From a virus (lineage: Duplodnaviria > Caudoviricetes), in IMG/VR virus record IMGVR_UViG_3300028888_000069, positions 1 through 64,000 of that record: a stretch of DNA of 64,000 nucleotides. The stretch is one strand, 5' to 3'. A program made the translations under genes and the position numbers. The notes under the pieces are model-generated. The model saw only the letters and a list, made by a program, of their open reading frames with translations, searched no databases and was not told the DNA's origin. Shown here piece by piece: positions 16,964-25,045 of this stretch (its first letter is position 1; each line of letters starts with the position of its first letter).

Positions 16964-17346
16964 AAAGTTATACTGATATAGAGCAATCCAAAGAGTTAGC
17001 AAAGATACTGCCTATTGAAACTGCGGATATGGGATGGAATGTCTTTGTTGACAACTCGACAAGATGCTTACCTATTTACGATTGGGACTTGACTAAAAAT
17101 GGTGAAGGAAGTGTTGAGTTTATTCCTTGTTGGAGTCTTGCAGCATTGCTTGAATTATTGCCTAAATATATTGAAAAAGATGGACAACTAACTTTTCTTG
17201 ACATATATGCAACACATAATTATGGTTGGGTTATTGAATATTCAAATAATATAGAAGATTTTGTTGAATATAGTTTTAATGGTCACATTCTGATAGATGT
17301 ATGTTACGAAATGATTGTTAACCTTAAAGAACAAAAACTATTGTAA
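16960..17346 (+). CDS. Array protein, EQSKKL family
   Basis: MKSYTDIEQSKELAKILPIETADM...PCWSLAALL...CYEMIVNL. Confidence 0.8.
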   Translation: MKSYTDIEQSKELAKILPIETADMGWNVFVDNSTRCLPIYDWDLTKNGEGSVEFIPCWSLAALLELLPKYIEKDGQLTFLDIYATHNYGWVIEYSNNIEDFVEYSFNGHILIDVCYEMIVNLKEQKLL

Positions 17347-17348
17347 TT

Positions 17349-17546
17349 ATGTGGGTTAAAGTAGATTATTCAATAGAAGCCAAGAAAAATTCTCGTCCTA
17401 ACATGGCAGGAATGTGGGCTATTTATACAAAGGCACATTGGTGGGATAAGTGGGTTGAAAGACAAACTTATGCTGATGTAAATTGGGCAACAAAGGATGC
17501 TCAGAAATTGGTGGAATATCCAAAGTATTATTATAAATGGAAATAA
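17349..17546 (+). CDS. Small Trp-rich protein
   Basis: 65-aa ORF; WWDKWV motif resembles the next gene. Confidence 0.65.
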   Translation: MWVKVDYSIEAKKNSRPNMAGMWAIYTKAHWWDKWVERQTYADVNWATKDAQKLVEYPKYYYKWK

Positions 17547-17548
17547 TT

Positions 17549-17731
17549 ATGGCAAAGTATAGAATAGTTCACAAATATCCATGTTATGCAAATAGTGGCT
17601 GTATTCCTCATGACGGCTACTTTGTTCAGAAACTTGAAAAAGGGTTCTTTACTGACAAATGGGTTGACATTAAAGGATTTGGAGACAAGGAAAGAGCAGA
17701 AGAATTATTGAAAATATTAAAAGGGAAGTAA
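17549..17731 (+). CDS. Small hypothetical protein
   Basis: MAKYRIV...FFTDKWVD. Confidence 0.65.
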   Translation: MAKYRIVHKYPCYANSGCIPHDGYFVQKLEKGFFTDKWVDIKGFGDKERAEELLKILKGK

Positions 17732-17743
17732 TAACAACATAAG

Positions 17744-17920
17744 ATGGTAACAAGTATTGAAGAAAATCTCCCGCATAAAGTTTCTGAGGTTATATGTATT
17801 GACTGTAAGTATCGTTGGGTTGCAGTAAGACCTACTGCCACTCTACTCAAAGAACTTGAATGTCCTCAATGTAGACAACAAGGATATGTAATTGAAACTG
17901 GTGAAATTATAAATGATTAA
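17744..17920 (+). CDS. Zn-ribbon protein (58 aa)
   Basis: CIDC...CPQC; missed by the ORF track. Confidence 0.65.
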   Translation: MVTSIEENLPHKVSEVICIDCKYRWVAVRPTATLLKELECPQCRQQGYVIETGEIIND

Positions 17921-17931
17921 GTTAAAATATT

Positions 17932-19347
17932 ATGGAATCATACGAGAAGAAATACAAAAATGCTCTTGAATGGGCAAGACAAGTAATGAGCGGAAAAATA
18001 GGATTTATACGGAAAGATGTAGAAGAGGTATTCCCCGAACTTAAAGAGTCAGATGATGAAAAGATAAGGAAAGAAATCATTTCCGCACTTAAGTTTGCTA
18101 ATCATAAAGGTGTATATGATAAACATATTGCTTGGCTTGAAAAGCAAGGTGAAACTTTTACCAAAAGTGATGTTGCTGCTGCTTATTTTAAAGGTATAAG
18201 TAACGCTAAAAAAGAAATGGAAAAGCAATATGAAGCAAACTATCAAATAAGAAAAGATATTGCAACTTTCATTTTTAACTATAGGGGTGATATTAAAGAT
18301 AGGGCTAAATGGATGGACTATCTTGGTATTACGCTTTCCCTTGTTGAAAAGCAAGGTGAGAAGCCACAGTGTAAATCTGCACTTGAGACAATACAAGAGA
18401 AAGAAGTTGACAATAGTAATAAGGTTGAACCAAAGTTTAAGGTTAAATATGCTGGTAATGAGTATAATGTGATTGAGGAAAAAGACATTGATGGTGTAAC
18501 ATTCTATGGAATAGAAGATGAGCCAAATCACATTGACTATGTCAAAGCAGATAGTTGTGAAATAATTAATGCTGAACCAAAATTTAAGGTTGGTGATTGG
18601 ATTACTCTTTATGGTGGTAAGCCATTTAAAATAGTAAAAATTGAGCCAGAAAGATATGGAGTTTTAGATTATCTTTTATTAGATCAAAATGGACATGATT
18701 CTTACTATAATAAGAAATATATTGATAAAAATGCAAGATTGTGTACTCAAGAGGATTTTGCATCAAAGGTTGAACCAAAGTTTCATGAAGGAGATTGGAT
18801 TGTTGGAGCAAATAATATATGTAAAATAATTTCATTAAATGATGATTTAAATTGTTACATAGCGCTTACTATTAACAATGAAGAAATAAAAATACCTTAT
18901 TATTTTGACGATGAACAAGGTCATATGTGTTCTTATCACCTTTGGTCAATAAATGACGCAAAGGATGGCGATGTGCTTGTAACCGCTCATGACAAACCAT
19001 TTATTTATAATGGAATTCATAACCGTTTTTATATAGGTTCTTATTGTGGCATATCAGCAGGATATAGGTTTAATGTTGCAAGTGGTTGGGTAGTAAACGT
19101 AAATATTCATCCTGCCACTAAAGAACAGCGTGATACTTTGATGAAAGCAATGGCTGATGCTGGATATACCTTTGGCTTTGAAAAGAAAGAACTAAAGAAG
19201 ATTAAGCATAATCCTGCATGGAGTGAAGAGAATGAATGTTATATGACAGAGTGTATAAATGCTATTGCTACAAAGAATAGTTGGTCATTTGAAGAGAAAA
19301 GAAAAACAAAGCATTGGCTAAAGTCTCTAAAAGAAAGAATTATTTAA
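17932..19347 (+). CDS. Largest multi-module array protein
   Basis: FPELKESDDE, WLEKQGE, EPKF x3, WSINDAKDGDVL, HPATKEQRD, WSEEN and WLKSLK modules. Confidence 0.85.
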   Translation: MESYEKKYKNALEWARQVMSGKIGFIRKDVEEVFPELKESDDEKIRKEIISALKFANHKGVYDKHIAWLEKQGETFTKSDVAAAYFKGISNAKKEMEKQYEANYQIRKDIATFIFNYRGDIKDRAKWMDYLGITLSLVEKQGEKPQCKSALETIQEKEVDNSNKVEPKFKVKYAGNEYNVIEEKDIDGVTFYGIEDEPNHIDYVKADSCEIINAEPKFKVGDWITLYGGKPFKIVKIEPERYGVLDYLLLDQNGHDSYYNKKYIDKNARLCTQEDFASKVEPKFHEGDWIVGANNICKIISLNDDLNCYIALTINNEEIKIPYYFDDEQGHMCSYHLWSINDAKDGDVLVTAHDKPFIYNGIHNRFYIGSYCGISAGYRFNVASGWVVNVNIHPATKEQRDTLMKAMADAGYTFGFEKKELKKIKHNPAWSEENECYMTECINAIATKNSWSFEEKRKTKHWLKSLKERII

Positions 19348-19373
19348 AATTATCTAATTGAAATTTTCCTATT

Positions 19374-19619
19374 ATGACTAAAGCAGAATTAAATGCACAT
19401 TGGACATTACCTGATGAAACTCTTGAAGATGGTTATGCTATATCTCATAAAAGAGAACGAGAAGCCTTCATAAAAGGTTGGCATAAAGCATTTGAAACAT
19501 ATTGTGAATGGTTGAAAGATAATATGTACAATGATGAAGTATGGGGCGTTGTTGTGAGTAACAAATATCATAGTGTTGAAGAATTTATTGATGACTTTAG
19601 AAAAAGCGATGAAGAATGA
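19374..19619 (+). CDS. Array protein (CEWLK...FIDDFRK)
   Basis: C-terminal module shared with 6442 and 6972. Confidence 0.7.
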   Translation: MTKAELNAHWTLPDETLEDGYAISHKREREAFIKGWHKAFETYCEWLKDNMYNDEVWGVVVSNKYHSVEEFIDDFRKSDEE

Positions 19620-19630
19620 TTAAATATAAA

Positions 19631-19716
19631 GACCGCCGCAAGTTCGAATCTTGCAAGAACCAGTCTACGTGTTAGAAAACAGGCTCTTTCCCACGACGGA
19701 GGTAGGCGGTCCTTTT
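19631..19716 (+). ncRNA. GC-rich structured element containing a tRNA T-arm/3' end
   Basis: GACCGCC(19631-37)/GGCGGTC(19705-11) closing stem; inside is GCAAG-TTCGAAT-CTTGC-AAGAACCA; followed by CTTTT. Confidence 0.5.
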
Positions 19717-19729
19717 AATTTTGTATAGT

Positions 19730-19879
19730 ATGAAAAAGTATATAGTTAGATTTACCACAAAGAGTGGTGATTATGATAAAGAATGGTGCTATGCCAATTC
19801 AGAGAAAGAGGCAGAAGAAAACATTAAAAGAGAGCACTGGAATATTAAGTCTATAGACATGGTAATAGAAAGTAAATAA
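19730..19879 (+). CDS. Small hypothetical protein (49 aa)
   Basis: MKKYIVRFTTKSGDYDKEWCYANSEKEAEE... Confidence 0.6.
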   Translation: MKKYIVRFTTKSGDYDKEWCYANSEKEAEENIKREHWNIKSIDMVIESK

Positions 19880-19880
19880 A

Positions 19881-20705
19881 ATGAAAATAATAAGTAAATA
19901 TAAGGATTTTTATGATTATATTGTACAAGATCATGATGCGGATATAACTTATATTCGTAATATGAATATTGTAGATATATCAATAAATAATTATTTAAAA
20001 GACGTTCCGGGATTTAATAAATATAATAGTTCAATATATTTTAGAAGTAATTATTATAGAACTGGTAGAGTTGATGTTGCTAATTATATATTCGGTATAT
20101 ATCCTTATATTTATTCTCAACCGGTTATACGAATTTTAAAAGATGATTATGATTTTGAATATATAATACTTGATAAAGAAATAGTTGATAATTTATTGAG
20201 TGATGATAAAAATATATCAAAACATACATTACAAGATATTAAAACTAAATGTCAATATATTGTAGATCGAAATAATATTAATAAAAATCCAATTTTTTAT
20301 GTAAATAAATATGAATCATTTGAAAAGGATTTAAAAAATGATATAAAAAAGAATATATTTAAAATAGAAAATAAAGATATATTCACTAAATTAAATTCGC
20401 CTGTATTTGTATATTATCATTCTGAGTTATTTGATGATTCAGTTTATGCAGAACAAATAAATCATAAAAGTTATAAAAATGGAGTATCTAATCCTGTTTA
20501 TTGTATAACTGATATATCATTTCAAAAATTAAAAATGAATATATTAAAATACTGGTGGACTGAATTAAATGATTTAAATACCTATATTAATATTGAGAAT
20601 TTTTTGTGGTCAATAAAACAAGAGCCAGAAAGTGTTCCAGATAATAAAACAAAGATAATATCACATGGTTTTGACTTAAAAGAATCATTTAGAAATATTA
20701 AATAA
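19881..20705 (+). CDS. Phage hypothetical protein (MKIISKYKDFYDY...KIISHGFDLKESFR)
   Basis: 274-aa ORF with termini typical of a widespread phage family; very AT-rich. Confidence 0.8.
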   Translation: MKIISKYKDFYDYIVQDHDADITYIRNMNIVDISINNYLKDVPGFNKYNSSIYFRSNYYRTGRVDVANYIFGIYPYIYSQPVIRILKDDYDFEYIILDKEIVDNLLSDDKNISKHTLQDIKTKCQYIVDRNNINKNPIFYVNKYESFEKDLKNDIKKNIFKIENKDIFTKLNSPVFVYYHSELFDDSVYAEQINHKSYKNGVSNPVYCITDISFQKLKMNILKYWWTELNDLNTYINIENFLWSIKQEPESVPDNKTKIISHGFDLKESFRNIK

Positions 20706-20709
20706 TTAA

Positions 20710-20892
20710 TTGCGTATGACTGAAAAAGAGTATTTAGAAGTAAATCCTAACGTTAAGTTTTTGGGAGTTATAAAAATTGGAAAAGGCCCAAACGAGTTCT
20801 ATACTGATAAAGAAAAATATGAAGAAAGAAGACATAAAGCATGGGACTCTGGACATGATTTATATTGTAACATACTTAAAGATAATCAATAA
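20710..20892 (+). CDS. Hypothetical protein
   Basis: 60-aa ORF. Confidence 0.55.
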   Translation: MRMTEKEYLEVNPNVKFLGVIKIGKGPNEFYTDKEKYEERRHKAWDSGHDLYCNILKDNQ

Positions 20893-20894
20893 TT

Positions 20895-21287
20895 ATGGGA
20901 TGGGAAACTAATGTACCTACAATGTTAAGTTTTTATAAGGAAACTTATGATAAACAATACAAAGTAGAGGATGCTATAGATTATAATAAAGATTATACTA
21001 ATAAGTTAAAAAGAGAATTATTTGCTATGTGCATAGGTAATCTAAAAGATTTTATAAGTGAAGATTATCCTGATATTAATTCTCTCTTAGAAAGAATAGA
21101 TGAAATATTATCCGAATTAGAAGCTAATTTTATAGAAATGTATAAGCTTCATAAATTAAAAGATAATTTTAACTGTGTTAGTGGAGATTATGTTAAAAAT
21201 CCAAATTATAAAAGTAATATAAAAGAATGGGCAAAAGAAAACATTCTTCCTATTATAGAATACAATGAAGAAAATGAAAATACTTAA
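20895..21287 (+). CDS. Hypothetical protein
   Basis: 130-aa ORF. Confidence 0.75.
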   Translation: MGWETNVPTMLSFYKETYDKQYKVEDAIDYNKDYTNKLKRELFAMCIGNLKDFISEDYPDINSLLERIDEILSELEANFIEMYKLHKLKDNFNCVSGDYVKNPNYKSNIKEWAKENILPIIEYNEENENT

Positions 21288-21528
21288 ATTTTTACTATCG
21301 ATTCCTCAAGATAAATTGCTTCATTTTTTAGGAGGTTTATTAATATTTGACATAGCAAGCATTTTTGTTCATTGGGGAATTGCAATGATTATTGTATTTC
21401 TTTTATCTGTTATAAAGGAATTTTATGATAAGATAAAAGGAGGTAAAACAGACATATTTGATATTATAGCAGGAATGCTTGGAGCTGTAACTATGTTTAT
21501 AATAAACTTATTAGAAACTTTATGCTAG
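21265..21528 (+). CDS. VanZ-like small membrane protein (ends TAG-AAA-TAA)
   Basis: DKLLHF...KEFYD...DIIA..LG pattern with 3 TM segments. Confidence 0.7.
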   Translation: MKKMKILKFLLSIPQDKLLHFLGGLLIFDIASIFVHWGIAMIIVFLLSVIKEFYDKIKGGKTDIFDIIAGMLGAVTMFIINLLETLC

Positions 21529-21794
21529 AAATAAAATTATTTAATAGGGATGGAGCCAAATTAAAACTATCAGAAGTAGAAGAAAATACATGGAAATTTA
21601 CAGTAGATAAAGAACATAAATATGTATTAGAAAATATAAGAGTTATTTCTGATAAAGAAGGAGAAATAATTGCAGTAGATCCTTCTGGAGGTCCTTATTT
21701 ATCTAGAGGGCAAAGAATAAGTTCTGAATATGTTATTAATAATATTATAAACGATAATGAAATATTAATTAAAACAAGAAAAGAAAGATTATGA
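21522..21794 (+). CDS. Hypothetical protein (VDPSGGPY)
   Basis: 90-aa ORF. Confidence 0.7.
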   Translation: MLEIKLFNRDGAKLKLSEVEENTWKFTVDKEHKYVLENIRVISDKEGEIIAVDPSGGPYLSRGQRISSEYVINNIINDNEILIKTRKERL

Positions 21795-22000
21795 AAGCTC
21801 ATTTATCTGATTTAGAAAGGGAGTTATGGTTAAGGCTCCGTGACTCTAATCAAATAGTATGGACAACTAAACAAGGGAAAGAAATCTCCATAAAAGAAAT
21901 GGAAACTTCTCATTTAATTAACTGTATTAATATGATTAATAACTATGAGGATGCAATGGACCATATAGGGGATTTTGATCCTTTAGAACTTTATGATTAA
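21791..22000 (+). CDS. Hypothetical protein (WTTKQG..I.IKEM.TSHL.NCI)
   Basis: 69-aa ORF. Confidence 0.7.
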   Translation: MKAHLSDLERELWLRLRDSNQIVWTTKQGKEISIKEMETSHLINCINMINNYEDAMDHIGDFDPLELYD

Positions 22001-22002
22001 AT

Positions 22003-22182
22003 ATGAAAGAAGCAGATTCATATAGAAGAGATTTAAATAAAATTATAGGATATATGGATTTATCCAGAAAAGCAATAATAAGGATATTATCAGAAGAAGA
22101 AATTTATAATGAGGATAAATACAAATTAGATAGTGTTCTTATCAATATAGTTACCGCAATTTCAGATTTAAAAAGTATATAA
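22003..22182 (+). CDS. Hypothetical protein (59 aa)
   Basis: MKEADSYRRDLNKII...; fills the gap exactly. Confidence 0.55.
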   Translation: MKEADSYRRDLNKIIGYMDLSRKAIIRILSEEEIYNEDKYKLDSVLINIVTAISDLKSI

Positions 22183-22186
22183 TAAT

Positions 22187-22597
22187 ATGAAATGGGTAGC
22201 TTATACGGATGGAAGTTGTAGAACATCAACTAAAGAAGGAGGATTAGGAGTAGTAATTTTGAAAGATGAAGAAATAGTTAAAATGTATGCAAAACAGTAT
22301 AAAGATGTTACTAATCAAAAGATGGAATTAGGAGCTATTATTATTGCATTATCTATTATATCAAATTTGGCAAAAGAAGATGATGAAATAGAAATAGTTA
22401 GCGATAGTGCTTATGCTTTAGGTTGTGCTCAACATCCAGAATGGAAAGTAAATAAAAATCATTTATTAAGATATAGATTAAATGATACTATATCCTCCAT
22501 TAAAATCCCTATTAAGTTTACTTGGGTAAAAGGCCATAATGGAAATAAATATAATGAAATGGCTGATGGATTGGCTTGTGGAAACATTATAGTTTAA
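22187..22597 (+). CDS. rnhA: Ribonuclease HI
   Basis: YTDGS, TNQKMEL.A, SDSAY, WVKGH.G..YNE.AD.LA. Confidence 0.93.
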   Translation: MKWVAYTDGSCRTSTKEGGLGVVILKDEEIVKMYAKQYKDVTNQKMELGAIIIALSIISNLAKEDDEIEIVSDSAYALGCAQHPEWKVNKNHLLRYRLNDTISSIKIPIKFTWVKGHNGNKYNEMADGLACGNIIV

Positions 22598-22613
22598 TTA
22601 ATTTATATTAAAT

Positions 22614-22645
22614 TTTGGTTTTTTAGTAATTAATAATATAATTAT
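22614..22645 (+). promoter_or_regulatory. Candidate promoter TTTG-N19-TATAATTAT
   Basis: One mismatch to the motif at 2404, 35047 and 38532; sits upstream of the replication gene run. Confidence 0.45.
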
Positions 22646-22657
22646 TGTATAAAAGTT

Positions 22658-23026
22658 ATGAAAATATTTGACACTAATAAAACAGAAATAAAAACCATTT
22701 ATAATGGAAATGTAATTATAAAAATAATAAAAGAACCTATACATTATCTACATTTCAAATTTGATGATGTGTATTATAAATTCGATCATTTCTTATATGC
22801 TAAAGGAATTGCTAAATGTGATCCTAATGATGAGTATGACCTGGAAAAGGGAGAAAGAATCGCTTTAAAAAGAGCTTATATTAAAATAGAAGAAAAGAGA
22901 TTGAAAATCCTAAATAAAATAAAAGAAGCTATAGAAAATAAATATAGCAAATGTTACGATTATATAAATAAAAGTAAAAATTCTATTTATAATAATGGCA
23001 AACAATTAGAAGAACTTACTAAATGA
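22658..23026 (+). CDS. Phage hypothetical protein (GIAKCDPNDEYD...G.RIA..RA)
   Basis: Motif common in phage proteins. Confidence 0.75.
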   Translation: MKIFDTNKTEIKTIYNGNVIIKIIKEPIHYLHFKFDDVYYKFDHFLYAKGIAKCDPNDEYDLEKGERIALKRAYIKIEEKRLKILNKIKEAIENKYSKCYDYINKSKNSIYNNGKQLEELTK

Positions 23027-23238
23027 ATAAAAAAGAATGTATTGGATTATTAAACTCGGGAAATGTAGAAAATATAGTAAATGCTTATGGGCAAGAAATA
23101 AATAAATCTATACCCCCACAGTTTCTAAGTAATTTATTTGGAGAAGCTGTGGGGTATTTTGTCCATAAATACCATATTGACAGGATTATAAACAAACACG
23201 GTCAATTAGTTAGATTTTTTGATAACTCTGAAAATTAA
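23023..23238 (+). CDS. Hypothetical protein
   Basis: 71-aa ORF. Confidence 0.65.
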   Translation: MNKKECIGLLNSGNVENIVNAYGQEINKSIPPQFLSNLFGEAVGYFVHKYHIDRIINKHGQLVRFFDNSEN

Positions 23239-23244
23239 AATATT

Positions 23245-23532
23245 ATGTTGATAAAGGAAGAAGAATTTCAAATAAAACCATGTGAAGGTGATCCAACAAG
23301 ATATGATTTGGCATTTGTTAAAATTGTGAAACCTCGAGATGGCAGTGAGCCTCGAAAGGAATTAGGTACTCCGTTGTATGGCTTATCTTTTGTTTCTTGT
23401 TTAAAGAACATTATAAGTCATAGAATGTCTCTTAGGAAAAATACTTATACTCTTGCTCAATTTATTAAAGAGTATAAGAAATGTAATCAGGATTTAATTA
23501 ATTTTATTAAAGAACAAATTTCAGCAAAATGA
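23245..23532 (+). CDS. Hypothetical protein
   Basis: 95-aa ORF. Confidence 0.7.
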   Translation: MLIKEEEFQIKPCEGDPTRYDLAFVKIVKPRDGSEPRKELGTPLYGLSFVSCLKNIISHRMSLRKNTYTLAQFIKEYKKCNQDLINFIKEQISAK

Positions 23533-23669
23533 AAAGTATTATTGAAATTAAGTGCCCTAGATGTGGCAAAGTGACTAAACATTTTCTTTCTAAAAACAAA
23601 AAAACTGGAGAAGGTGTTTATAGATGTGGCATTTGTTGTGCAGGTAATAAGACAATCAAATTAAAGTGA
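23529..23669 (+). CDS. Zn-ribbon protein (46 aa)
   Basis: CPRC...CGIC; missed by the ORF track. Confidence 0.6.
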   Translation: MKSIIEIKCPRCGKVTKHFLSKNKKTGEGVYRCGICCAGNKTIKLK

Positions 23670-24001
23670 TGGATATAAAGAAATTAGTTATTGCAACTGT
23701 TCTAATAATAATTGTATTATTAGGAACTGTCTTTTGCATAAAGAAATGTAAACCTTCTATATCTATTATAACAGAAGATGATCCTGTTCAGCATACTATA
23801 GATTCTCTTATGGAAAAGAAGGACAGTTTATTAGATGAAATACAGGATATTAATCAAAATTTAATAGAAGTAAATGAAGAATTTATTAGCAATCGTGATA
23901 GTATTCTTAGTCAGTCTATTGAAGCCGACTACAAGTACTTCACAGAATATCTTAACAGACACTTTAATAACAATAACCCCGACACAATTAAAGGAAATTA
24001 A
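23666..24001 (+). CDS. Spanin-like inner-membrane coiled-coil protein
   Basis: N-terminal TM plus coiled coil; overlaps the next gene out of frame. Confidence 0.55.
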   Translation: MMDIKKLVIATVLIIIVLLGTVFCIKKCKPSISIITEDDPVQHTIDSLMEKKDSLLDEIQDINQNLIEVNEEFISNRDSILSQSIEADYKYFTEYLNRHFNNNNPDTIKGN

Positions 24002-24275
24002 TCTTATCTTTAATGAACATGAAGCTCTTACAAAAGAAAACTTTCTTTTAAAAAGAGAAAATCTTATTCAAAAAGAATTAATTGGTAATTTTGAAATGAC
24101 TGACTCTTTACGTTTAAAACAATTAAATGATTGTAGAATTAAATCTGAAGAGTATAAAGTTCAAACAGATCAATTAAATAAATCTTTAAAGAGTGTAAAG
24201 AAAAAGCTTAATATCTATAAATTTGTTGCTGGAGGTAGTATATTAACTTCTATATTACTTATATGTCTGCAATAA
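23874..24275 (+). CDS. Spanin-like partner (signal peptide, coiled coil, C-terminal hydrophobic segment)
   Basis: 128-bp overlap with the preceding gene. Confidence 0.55.
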   Translation: MKNLLAIVIVFLVSLLKPTTSTSQNILTDTLITITPTQLKEINLIFNEHEALTKENFLLKRENLIQKELIGNFEMTDSLRLKQLNDCRIKSEEYKVQTDQLNKSLKSVKKKLNIYKFVAGGSILTSILLICLQ

Positions 24276-24436
24276 AAGCTGTACGAGACGATGATGGAAT
24301 TATTTTAAAATTCCCAAAGAGAACGTGTTTAGAATGCAAAAATTATCCTTGTTTCATTGGGATAGAAACAATGGAATGTGATTTTGCTAAATATGGTTGT
24401 GTAAAATTTAATAAAGTAAAAAGAAATGCAATTTAA
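24263..24436 (+). CDS. Small Cys-rich protein (57 aa)
   Basis: TCLECKNYPCF...CDFAKYGC. Confidence 0.6.
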   Translation: MSAIKAVRDDDGIILKFPKRTCLECKNYPCFIGIETMECDFAKYGCVKFNKVKRNAI

Positions 24437-24731
24437 TATTTATTATGGATTCACAGGAATTTTTAATCCTGTAAAATATAGATACAGTGATCATTATAAA
24501 ACTGAAAAGGAAGCTGTTGATGATGCTAAGACTCAAGTTACTAAATTATTTATGGAAAACTGTGGAACTAATGGCATTCCATCATTCCTTGATATTCAAA
24601 AAGAATCAAAAGAATTGAAAGTTCCTTTAAAAGCTTTATTAGATGATTATATATGGGATAGGACTAGGTTTTATGTTATTCCCACTTCTCTTGATACTAT
24701 TTCAAGTAAGGGAATACGAAAGAGAATATGA
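24426..24731 (+). CDS. Hypothetical protein
   Basis: 101-aa ORF. Confidence 0.7.
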   Translation: MQFNIYYGFTGIFNPVKYRYSDHYKTEKEAVDDAKTQVTKLFMENCGTNGIPSFLDIQKESKELKVPLKALLDDYIWDRTRFYVIPTSLDTISSKGIRKRI

Positions 24732-25033
24732 TAACTTATGCAAAATTATTAGAATCTAAACAAGATATATGTGGATATACGACTTATGTATTTAAATCCT
24801 TAGAAGAAAATCCTCCATTTGGAAAGAAGTATATAATGTGTACAAGATTTCCTAATTGGCAAGATAAGGAAGTAAATATAGGTGATGTAGGATATTTAAA
24901 TACTAAAGAAGTAATAGCAGGTGTAGATAAATGGTTTGATGGTGAAACTTTTCATCCTTATAATTATTCTAATATTATATATGAAAAATTCGTCAAAGAA
25001 TCTAATGTAAAAGATAATGAACTTATATTATAA
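24728..25033 (+). CDS. Hypothetical protein (YIMCTRFPNW)
   Basis: 101-aa ORF, beta-rich. Confidence 0.75.
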   Translation: MITYAKLLESKQDICGYTTYVFKSLEENPPFGKKYIMCTRFPNWQDKEVNIGDVGYLNTKEVIAGVDKWFDGETFHPYNYSNIIYEKFVKESNVKDNELIL

Positions 25034-25045
25034 AATGTTTAAACA

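Larger units (their letters stand above)
6442..19619 (+). repeat. Array of paralogous mosaic genes with recurrent conserved linker segments
   Basis: Recurrent DNA and peptide blocks: FPELKESED x5, WLE(K/R)QGE about x8, EPKFxxGD x4-5, W(S/N)E(E/D)(D/N) x4, WLKSLK x3, EQSKKL x6, WSLxxLL x4, D(A/V)CYEMI x4, MT(Q/P)EE..ELL x3. Confidence 0.85.

Noticed and set aside
6442-19619. Diversity-generating retroelement or integron as the cause of the array
   Set aside because: No reverse transcriptase, no adenine-specific TR/VR pair, no tyrosine recombinase or attC-like palindromes seen
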